Shown: positions 49,801 to 58,688 of the stretch, piece after piece
Layout: every line of letters starts with the position of its first letter
How positions within the stretch are numbered: the stretch's first letter is position 1
NCBI GenBank assembly: GCA_000934665.2
Contig: KZ537982.1
Location: forward strand, 62,001 to 126,000
Direction: 5' to 3'
Origin: Catajapyx aquilonaris
Taxonomy: Eukaryota
Length of the DNA: 64,000 bases
Program-made: the position numbers and the translations under genes
The notes under the pieces: model-generated
The model's database searches: none
What the model saw: the letters and a program-made list of their open reading frames with translations, nothing else
Told to the model about the DNA's origin: nothing

Positions 49801-52800
49801 TCATCGACACATTCCATATTCATATACCTGGAATTTTTCTTCCATACCATTCCTTACCATGTATTTCCATTTTCATTGCATTGGTCTAGCACAGATACTG
49901 CAATGCACACTTTTCCTTGCAGGTGGTGGAGAATTGTGACGAACTCTTTGACCGTCACGAGTTTTCTGCTGCTCCTGATGTGGGCTGGCCTGACTGCTTC
50001 AACTCGGGAGTATTTGTGTATCACCCCAGTGACACAACATACCAGGGGCTGTTGAATCTAGCAATGACATCTGGCAGCTTTGATGGTGGTGACCAGGGGT
50101 TGCTGAACATGTACTTCGGTGGTTGGGCAACTGAAGAAATCTCGAGGCATCTGCCCTTCATCTACAATATGGTCGCCACGGCAGCCTACTCTTACTTACC
50201 TGCATTCAAACAGTGCGTGCATGTTTGTTGAAGGTGTTGGTTGCTATTTCTAACATTTCTACTGGGCCTGCAGAATAATTTATACATTACCGATTTGACA
50301 AAGAAGGTGTCAATAAAAGCACAATATTGTGTAGGATTAAGACATTCAGAGAAAACATGGCATCATTTGGTGCCTGTGAAGTTATTGTATCACTTTGTCC
50401 AAAAATTACTCTGCAGGGTTCAGTACGGAACAATTGTGACAGAGTTATTCTTTGAGAATTCCAGTTGGAACTCAGGATCTCTCAGATTAATTTTTCCATG
50501 GTTAGCCAGCTGTATTTTATATCTGCGCTGTCCTAATTCACATAATGGTAGTGAGCCTCGTTTTGTTTGCTGCTGTTTTGTTCCAAAAATGCATGAGGAA
50601 GAGAGGACACATTTCATTCCATACAGTTAAGAAATACAGAGTTTCACATTTTTTTCTCACTTTATTTTTTGAGGTTTGCATCTCAAGTGAGGATTGTCCA
50701 TTTCATCGGGGCAAACAAACCCTGGATGCAGTTCTACGACTCAGTTACTGGGACAGTTAGACCAGGTCCTGACGAGGTACATCTACAAGGGTTCCTGCAG
50801 CTCTGGTGGGATATCTTCTGCTCCAGAGTCCACGAGCACCTACGTACAACAATGGTCAGTCACAGGCAAATTCTCCCAGAGAGGCAGTGGGATTTTCAGA
50901 GGAGATTAATATTGGGCACACATTTAGATTCAGTAAACCTTCATTATTTCAGTTCTAGAATTTGCAATTCCAGTCACAGTTTTCTTACATCCTATTAATC
51001 TAATTTTATGTCGCGGTTGTCAGGAAATTGCTGTAATTTGGTACCAAGTGAATGATAAGTTGTTGACTATGAGGCACTGACTGGCATGCCAAATCGTGAA
51101 CTGAGGAATATCACAGATCAGGTGTTAACATTGTTTAGCGTGGGAGGCGCTGAAACTACTTCAAACATATTTCCCACTCTGTAATTTATCAATGCGGTTT
51201 TTCCAGGATGTCATAGCCATCCTGCACTGTTTTGATCACGTTGTTCAACATAAAGATTATCAGCACTGAATTGTTGAAGGTTTACTAATTAATCGTGCCT
51301 TTGCTGATAGCATAAGTGGTGCAGCTACATGTTGGGCTAGTACAATGGAAAGAAATTGTAGATGTTGAGTTGGAATTTGCCTCTGTTTGTTGCTGCAAGT
51401 TTTCATCGGGATACCATCAATATTACATAGGTTTTGCAACATCAGCATTAGTGTACACGTTAAACAGAGGGACATTTTGACTCATGTACAGGTTATAGTG
51501 TTGGGTACATAGTTGGTGCAACTAACATGGTTGAAATTTTATGGGAAAATTGTTTACTCTTGTTAATGCAAGCCGGTTATGGACCTCCTGCCTTGCTGCG
51601 AACCGCAGGTAGTCATGTCAAGCATGCTGGCAAAACTGGATTGATGCATGCATATTTTGTTATGTTGGTGGTAGCTTTTTATTGATCACTGTGGAGAGAG
51701 TGCTGGGAATATAGCATGGACAGAGACTTGTGTCTGTCTTAGCAGTATTGTTCTGCTCTTGGTGTCTCACATTGTGTTGGCAGCGCAGGGTTTTAAGAGA
51801 GAAAATGATAGAGCAATTGTTGGTATGTTGTGGGTGGAGTGATTGCGTTTCGCTTGCGGGCTTTGCAGAATGATGAAAATTTGTGGGAAAGTGGTAAAAT
51901 GGGAGACAAGGCAACATTTTTCTTAATTTGCATTTCTTCCTATGCACCACCTGGGCCACAGCCAACATTCCCTGAACTTATGTACGAAAGTACCCATCAG
52001 CAAGCTGAACACATTCACTCCAAACAACATTCCGACAGTCACGAATCTAGTGTCAACCGACATACTGAGCCACATTATGGCAATCAGCCGTATGAGGAGA
52101 ACCAGTGGCATCAGCATGCATCTCATTCAGACCAGTCTGAAAGTTCTCAGGAGCAATATGGCAATACCTTGCACTCGCAACATCATTCTGATCAGCATGA
52201 TGAGCATCATAGTGGAAGCCATTCTTTCAGTCCTTATGAGAAGCACACAGAGAGCCACTCTGATCAGCCTTATGAGCAGTATACACAGAGCCACTCTGGT
52301 CAACCTTATGAGCAGCACACACAAAGCCATACTGGTGGGCATTATGAGCAGCAAGCAGGAAGCTATTCTTTCAAACATGATGAGTGGCATTCACAACCCA
52401 CTGGCAGCCATTCTGCTGACCAGCATTTAACATGTCATGGCGATAATTCCGGGGCCAAGCAGACTAAGCCCGCAATACCCAAGAAGCCAGCTGACCCACG
52501 CCTCCGCAAGTTGGCATGGGAAATGGGCATGGCAGACTACATGGGTGCAGATTCCTTTGATAACATTCTTCTGAAGATGGCTGAGTCAGGGGTGGGCCTG
52601 ACATTGGAGACTCCAAAGACAGACCTGGATCTAAGGCTGGAGGACAGGGTTCGAAAAGCAGCTTGGGAGAGAGGGCAGGCAGACTACACAGGGCGGGATG
52701 CCTTCAGCAACATATTAGGAAAGATTGTGGAGGCAGGAGTCGGGGTAGTAGTGGATGGGCCACTGAAGACTATGGGAAAGCCCAGGACAGGGACTCAGAG

Positions 52801-54972
52801 TAAAGGTCAGGAGGCGCATAAGAAGTTCTGGGATGATGATGAGGAAGACGAGGATGACGGAGGCGAGCTGGATCTGCTCTGAAACTGTATTTTGAAGCGT
52901 TTTTTTCAAGGATATTTGGGGGTATCATTGTATCTTGTAGTGATACGACTTTGATATTATTGTTTGTACAAGACTGAGGTGAAAGTTGCTCAATTGATGA
53001 TTATTATCATGAGGTCGTAACAAATCACTGCACATGTAACATGTGTGCACAGGTCTTGTCTTTTGTTATTGACCATGTTGCGAACAAGTTAATAAATACG
53101 CTGCCAGCATGATGTTTTGCTTCTTCCCAGCACTCTCTCTAAGTCTATGTAAAATTGTTTCTTTGACTAGCATGAGTTGCATAAAGGTACAGTAGTTGGT
53201 GATGAATATATGAGAAAGCATATTTGCTTCAGTGTGTAGTCAAGTTTAGATCTCCACAGTTCTTAGTGACACGTTTCCAAGGGATGAATATTGGATATAC
53301 ACTAATTGCACAAAAAAGAAAATGGAATTCTTGTGCACGCTCACGAGATGTTGCCTTCACTGAAGGGCACTGCTTGTACTTAGGCGCGCTGATTCCACCA
53401 AGTGATAGACAATGTCCTTTTCATGCCATGCTTTTAGTTCAGTGGTTTCTGACTTCCCAAGGGTGTGGTTTCCACAAGAAAAATTTAATTATTTGAATAA
53501 TTGTACTTTCATAATCTACTATTGAAAAGAAAGATCTGAGACCATGTTAAAATGGCATTGCTGCTCCAAATATAAGCAATGGAATCTGTTAAGTTGCATT
53601 AATGAATATACAGGAAAACTTCTAAGTCGAATCTGCATGGGACCGGGAAAAAACTTCGCGTTATAGAAGATTCGGGTTAGAGAAGTTTGAAAATTTTGAA
53701 GCACATAACTCTATAAGGAAACCTACCTTTATACCCAGCGACGAAAGGTGTTCATAACTTGAAAATAACTATCACTATCACACTTACAATGTTCCTCGCT
53801 GTTTTGTTGTGAAAAAATCTCCATTATGGACATTTGCCTACTCTTAGACTCAAGGATTCAATTGTCACAATCGAGTCAAACACTTCTTTCGGTACATCTG
53901 GTTGACGGAGATCAGGAAATTGAGCCTTCCTGTACATGTGGCCTACTCTCTACCCTTCGGCTGGGAAATGAGAAAATTTTCCGTACTTGCCAACATGAAC
54001 TTCGACTTAGGGAGACTGAAAATGCATTGACATCCCATAGTAAGGCCCTGCCTGCACTTCGAGTTATAGAAATTCGAGTTAGGGAAGTTTATTTCCTATT
54101 ATTTTACATTAAGACCAACCAAGCTCAATTTTCTACGACTTATAGAGAACTTGGACTTAGCGAAGTTCGACTTAGAGAAGTTTCACTGTACATAGCATTA
54201 AATTTAAAATGATATTGCTTGCATTTCAATAAAGTGGATCAACTAGGTTCACATATTAGGGTAGCATGACAGTACTGCTTCCTGCACAAAAAAAAAACTG
54301 ATGACAATTTGTGAACAGATAAGTGCTGCTTAGCTCCCTGTCTGGTTGAGTAACATTTGAAAGATATTGCACATTGCAGTTACACCTTTTACGTAAGAGC
54401 TTAGTGTATGACAGGGTAGTAGAGTGAGGCCAAAAATTCAAAGTGGAGAGTAGCAGCCCCTTTGAGGCATTGTAAGTCAACCTTCTGTTATGTTTTTTTA
54501 TCACTTGCATGTCTGACCCTAAGATCCTGCATGCCATTCAGTAGGAGATGTCAGGAATGGAATTCCTGCCACCTCTTGCTGAGCACACCGGGGGTTAAGA
54601 TTGTGCCTCTACTTCTGGTGACGAAGCACATGGTTTCAATGCAATGACGATGCTTGCTTTATTCAGGGAGGAATGGCAGCTACCTTGGCAAGAATGAAGC
54701 TTGGAAAAGACATGAGCCCAGAAGAGATTAGCTTGCAACGGAAGGCTATGTGGGAGATGGGTCAAATGGACTATACCGGGGAGGATTCCTTCACTAACAT
54801 CATGAACAAGCTGGAGGAGTCTCTTCAGGGTGCCCCTCCCGCATTGCCAGGAGTTCCCCCGCCCTGCCCCCCATCCAGGCCCTGTGTGCCCACATGCCCT
54901 TGTGCCAGACGACAGGCTGCTATAAAGAAGGAGGCGGAACGGAAGGAGGCAGAACTACAGGAACCCCAGTGA
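46809..54972 (+). CDS. GYG1: Glycogenin (GT8 self-glucosylating initiator of glycogen), short-linker isoform, ~365 aa
   Basis: Exons 46809-46818 (ATG AGC AAA G|gtaacg), 48113-48248, 48306-48480, 49923-50212, 50674-50854 and 54667-54972; phases join. Motifs: [84 protein letters not shown] (acceptor Tyr), [10 protein letters not shown], and the C-terminal glycogen-synthase-binding [27 protein letters not shown] at 55036 and 55221. Confidence 0.92.
51962..52882 (+). CDS. GYG1: Glycogenin alternative terminal exon (His/Gln/Ser-rich linker plus two glycogen-synthase-binding motifs; isoform ~570 aa)
   Basis: Phase-0 acceptor ...gggccacag|CCA at 51961/51962, after a pyrimidine tract, fits the phase-0 donor at 50854. 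The 306-aa open frame contains [21 protein letters not shown] and [21 protein letters not shown]. It has its own AATAAA at 53091. Confidence 0.8.
   Translation, partial: PTFPELMYESTHQQAEHIHSKQHSDSHESSVNRHTEPHYGNQPYEENQWHQHASHSDQSESSQEQYGNTLHSQHHSDQHDEHHSGSHSFSPYEKHTESHSDQPYEQYTQSHSGQPYEQHTQSHTGGHYEQQAGSYSFKHDEWHSQPTGSHSADQHLTCHGDNSGAKQTKPAIPKKPADPRLRKLAWEMGMADYMGADSFDNILLKMAESGVGLTLETPKTDLDLRLEDRVRKAAWERGQADYTGRDAFSNILGKIVEAGVGVVVDGPLKTMGKPRTGTQSKGQEAHKKFWDDDEEDEDDGGELDLL
52232..52375 (+). repeat. 36-nt (12-aa) coding tandem repeat, about 4 units
   Basis: Units start ccttatgag/cattatgag at 52232, 52268, 52304 and 52340: [48 protein letters not shown]. Confidence 0.85.
53611..54188. mobile_element. 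Tigger/pogo-like MITE between the two glycogenin terminal exons
   Basis: TA|CAGGAAAACTTCTAAGTCGAA… and …TTCGACTTAGAGAAGTTTCACTG|TA, with repeated subterminal ttcgacttag/ttcgagttag motifs. Confidence 0.7.
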
Positions 54973-55482
54973 TTCCTTGTTCCAAGCACACGATCCCTTG
55001 GGGCAGAATTATGCAAAAGAAGCCGATCACAGACGAATAAAGTTTATATCAGATAGGCATGGAATTTGTACAGAAAGTTGTTTAATAAGAGAGCAGATTG
55101 GCCTCTAGTTTTTTGGAAAGGTCAGCATGGGCCTGTTGACCTGCTGGGAATCTGTCACTAATTTGGAAAGAAAAGGGGTGGGAAGAAAGAGTGTTGTTAC
55201 AATAATTTGCTACTGGTTACAATAAATTGCATGTGCCATATTGACAAATAGGTGTTGCTTAGCAAGGAGGATTCTTTTCAGCCCCACAATGCAGAGGTAA
55301 GCCCTTACTATGAGGACATTGGGAACAGTTTTTTTTTTTTTTAAATGAGACGGGGCAAATTGGCAACAGCGTGCGCGCTTCATCTGGCCACTCTTTCTCC
55401 CTGCTCCTCCGATGTTGACCTGGCAACCTCCACTTTTCGCAAATGGTGGCCGTGGTGGCGACTACCATGGAAGCAGCGACCG

Positions 55483-56131
55483 ATGCCGAAGTCCAAAGAC
55501 CCGTGTAAACCATTCGCCTGCGAGTTGCAAAGGTGTCTCGTCGGTAAGTGAAGCAGCCTCGTCGTCTTCCGCTGGACTCAACCTGGCCATTGAAATGAAA
55601 TTGCGCATGAAAATACCCGCACAGGTCGTGTTGGAGAAATTGAAGTGCTTTTTTTTTTGTACTCCACCTGTATTGATCTTGGGGTTGGGCATGGTTGGAA
55701 TGTAATTTGCCCCCACACGATGAAATTCTTATTATTAATATTATCATCATATTCATGACGTGTTCCTAACTAGCAGTGGAGCATGTTCTTCACACGGCTT
55801 GTTTCCATGGCAACCTCCTGCCATGGACAAACAAACGAACAAACTATTCCTTATATGTGTGTAAGGTAATGATGCTGTTGAAGTAGAAAATGACAATGTG
55901 TAATTTCTTTATCTTATCGCTTTATTACTTTGGATTTATTTTCATACGTTTCTTTGGTTTTTATGTGAAGATCATGACTACCAAGAGTCCAGATGTGTTG
56001 AAGAGGTGAAAAGGATCTTGGAGTGCTGTGACCTTTGGGGTGAAAGTAGTGGATCTATGACTTGCTCTGGATTTTGGATCAACCGACCAGGGGAACCACC
56101 TAGGAAGCCCACGAAACCTGATAGTAAATAA
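55483..56131 (+). CDS. CMC4: Cx9C motif-containing protein 4 (CMC4 / p8-MTCP1), 73 aa, 2 exons
   Basis: Exons 55483-55543 and 55971-56131 (phase 1). MPKSKDPCKPFACELQRCLVDHDYQESRCVEEVKRILECCDLWGESSGSMTCSGFW… matches the CMC4 pattern MPxKDPCxxxACExQxCLxxxxYxESxCxxxxxxxxxCC…CSGF. Confidence 0.88.
55801..55814. promoter_or_regulatory. RFX X-box consensus
   Basis: GTTTCCATGGCAAC, a 14-bp near-palindrome matching the RFX X-box, in the CMC4 intron. Confidence 0.45.
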
Positions 56132-56506
56132 AGTGGAGGTCAGAGGTTGTGTTGAATCATTTTAATGCAATTTTGAGTTCATATCTTTTTTTTAAAAAAT
56201 GCAGAACACCTCAACCTATTTGTCATTTGGAGTAGTAAGCGGTTCTCAAAAGTCGAGGTTGTCAGACTTGATTGCTGCAACTTGAAGGTATAAATTTTTA
56301 TTTTATGCATTCATTTTATTTTTTTCTAATGTCACTCTTACTGTTAGTAAATTATTATTATGAAGATGGGCTCTAGCAAGTAATATTACATCATGAGGTT
56401 TCTATTATGTTGATGAGATATTTGAAGGAAAATAAACATTGGGTCAGACAATTCACACTTCATTGTCCATTTTGAAGTGAAAAGAACCTTCTTCTCAGGT
56501 GATGCC

Positions 56507-56701
56507 ATGCCTGGTCCGGGACCTCGTCCATCCCCTGTGGTGAGGAAGGCTGCCTACATCACTGCAAAGCGTAGTTGGCGGCAACGCAACCCACGCCTCT
56601 TCACTTCATTATTTGTGGGCGGCTCCCTCTTGGTGTTATTCAGTCGCCCCTTGTATGATGGCTTCATAAGGGACATCCCACCTGCACCAGCCCCCAAATA
56701 A
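56507..56701 (+). CDS. Uncharacterised 64-aa single-pass membrane microprotein
   Basis: ATG in gccATG context 8 nt after the acceptor cttctcag| (56498). MPGPGPRPSPVVRKAAYITAKRSWRQRNPRLFTSLFVGGSLLVLFSRPLYDGFIRDIPPAPAPK has a basic, acid-free N-half, a hydrophobic stretch (LFTSLFVGGSLLVLF) and a Pro-rich tail. Its GC content is coding-like against an AT-rich upstream flank. Confidence 0.6.
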   Translation: MPGPGPRPSPVVRKAAYITAKRSWRQRNPRLFTSLFVGGSLLVLFSRPLYDGFIRDIPPAPAPK

Positions 56702-56708
56702 ACTTTAC

Positions 56709-56906
56709 ATGGAAGCAGTGAAGCGAGCAAAGACCCGCCTTGGAATGTACCCAAAGGTCTTGGCTCAGTGTGGGCCTCAGGCAACAACATATGCACACTG
56801 TGTAGCCACTCATGAAGATTTGCCGAAAGGTGCATGTGACAAGGAATTCCAGGAGTTCAAGGAGTGCTTGAAGAGTGCCGCTAAGAAGATGAACACTCGC
56901 CTGTAG
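56709..56906 (+). CDS. NDUFAF8: NADH:ubiquinone oxidoreductase complex assembly factor 8 (twin CX9C), 65 aa, intronless
   Basis: MEAVKRAKTRLGMYPKVLAQCGPQATTYAHCV…GACDKEFQEFKECLKSAAKK has two CX9C motifs and the NDUFAF8 pattern RLxxxPxxLAxCGxxAxxYxxCV…CxxEFxxxxxCxxxAAKK. Confidence 0.88.
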   Translation: MEAVKRAKTRLGMYPKVLAQCGPQATTYAHCVATHEDLPKGACDKEFQEFKECLKSAAKKMNTRL

Positions 56907-57005
56907 AGAGGGTTTGGGATAAAATCGGAGTGTTACTTAGAATTTAGTAGTAGTTGTACTTTAGAGACAGCCAACTAGTCAGCCATATCATAAAAGACAG
57001 CCAAC

Positions 57006-58217
57006 ATGCATATTGGCTATCATGTTGCGCTGGGCTTTGCCCTTCGCCTAGCCCTCATTGGATATGGAGAATACCATGATCGCACCTCTGCAGTGAAGTA
57101 CACTGACATCGATTACCATGTATTTGTGGATGCTGCTCGCCACATGAGCGAAGGGAATTCTCCGTATGCACGCAGTACCTATCGCTACACACCCTTACTG
57201 GCCTGGTTACTACAGCCTGCTGTGTGGGGACATTTTGTTTTTGGCAAGGTCCTTTTTGCAGCAGCAGATGTCTTAATTGGATTCCTCATTCATGTGCTGG
57301 TGTGCATGGAGTCACCTCGCATAAGGTGGGCAAAGTGGTGGGCTCAAATGGCTGCTGCCTTATGGTTGTACAACCCTCTCCCAGCTGTGGTGTCAACAAG
57401 AGGAAATGCAGAATCTGTAGTGGCAAGTTTGGTCTTGGGTATGCTTGTCCTGTACCGGAGCAAGGTGTTTGTACTGGCTGGTATATTGTATGGATTGGCA
57501 ATCCACTTCAAGATATACCCACTTGTGTACGCACTTCCTTTGTACTGGTCCTTATCTAATGGGGGTTGGAAGTCACTATTCAAAATGAACACGGCCCAGT
57601 TTCGCTTGGTTCTAGGCACTGCTGCCACTCTGGTCCTAGTCACCCTTGCATTCTATTCACAGTACGGGGATGATTTTGTTAAGGAAGCATACCTGTACCA
57701 CGTGACCCGCAGGGATATACGTCACAACTTTTCTGTCTACTTCTACTTCCTCTACCTGACAACCGAGTGGGAGTCTTCCTTGCTGGCCCTCCTGCCCTTC
57801 CTGCCTCAGTTGGCTCTTCTGATAGCAGTGGCCTTCTATCACCACACCCCGGAGGACCTTCCTTTCTGCCTGTTCTGCCAGACATTTGTGTTCGTTGCTT
57901 TCAACAAGGTGGTCACCTCCCAGTACTTCCTGTGGTACCTCTCCCTCCTTCCAGTCTGCCTCCCATTCCTCCACTTCTCCCTCCTCGAAGGCGTAATCCT
58001 GGTATTGATATGGTACTTTGCACAAGGGTCCTGGCTTCTCCCTGCTTACTACCTGGAGTTTGAAGGGCGCAACACATTTCTCTATGTCTGGCTAGAAAGC
58101 ATAGCTTTCTTCTGCGCCAACATCGGGATACTGGCCCGAGTCATCAGGCGGTACAAAGGGACACTGGTGGTCCACGACCCTTGTTCTCACTCGCATCCAC
58201 ACCCAAAGTCAGACTGA
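57006..58217 (+). CDS. PIGM: GPI mannosyltransferase 1 (PIG-M), 403 aa, intronless
   Basis: VKYTDIDYHVFVDAAR (DxD), SPYARSTYRYTPLLAWLL, FGKVLF, WLYNPLPAVVSTRGNAES, HFKIYP, YLYHVTRRDIRHNFSVYFY, FVFVAFNKVVTSQYFLWYL, WLLPAYYLEFEGRNTF; multi-pass hydrophobic. AATAAA at 58314. Confidence 0.96.
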   Translation: MHIGYHVALGFALRLALIGYGEYHDRTSAVKYTDIDYHVFVDAARHMSEGNSPYARSTYRYTPLLAWLLQPAVWGHFVFGKVLFAAADVLIGFLIHVLVCMESPRIRWAKWWAQMAAALWLYNPLPAVVSTRGNAESVVASLVLGMLVLYRSKVFVLAGILYGLAIHFKIYPLVYALPLYWSLSNGGWKSLFKMNTAQFRLVLGTAATLVLVTLAFYSQYGDDFVKEAYLYHVTRRDIRHNFSVYFYFLYLTTEWESSLLALLPFLPQLALLIAVAFYHHTPEDLPFCLFCQTFVFVAFNKVVTSQYFLWYLSLLPVCLPFLHFSLLEGVILVLIWYFAQGSWLLPAYYLEFEGRNTFLYVWLESIAFFCANIGILARVIRRYKGTLVVHDPCSHSHPHPKSD

Positions 58218-58688
58218 TGTGCTTGCTGTCTAGTGCGTATAATTGGTCACGTTTGTAGTAAATGTTGGGTTAGTTTTCTACTGTATTTCTGGCTGTCCTT
58301 TCTAGTACTGGAAAATAAATGTGATATTGTGACCCGCATGTCTCTGTAGAATACATGTCATTATCCTGCAGCAGTTGTCCATGGTGTAGCACAGTGTGAA
58401 CAGATTTGAACTTCCCGGCTTGCTCTCTGCTGGTTTGCAATTTGGCCAGTAGATGTCGCTAGCTCCAACCCGTCCTTACCAGTTGGGCTGCCATCTGCCG
58501 GCCATCCCCGCCGTCACTCGTGCGCTACTTTCCACCGGCGGAGGCACCCATCGCCAAGAGGGTGAGAGGTCCCGAAGGCGGGCACGGTTTGGGATTCGGT
58601 CTGGCAGTAAACATAGTGAAGTCTCAGGAGGAAGGGGTTCGGGCTGCTCCTCCTCCTCCGAGTGGTGTCCACCAGTCAATCCCCGAAG

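Noticed and set aside
55467..55508. Upstream ATG (ATGGAAGCAG…) overlapping the CMC4 start and identical to the first 10 nt of NDUFAF8
   Set aside because: It closes after 13 codons out of frame. The 10-nt identity is probably chance, and without a TSS it cannot be called a uORF.
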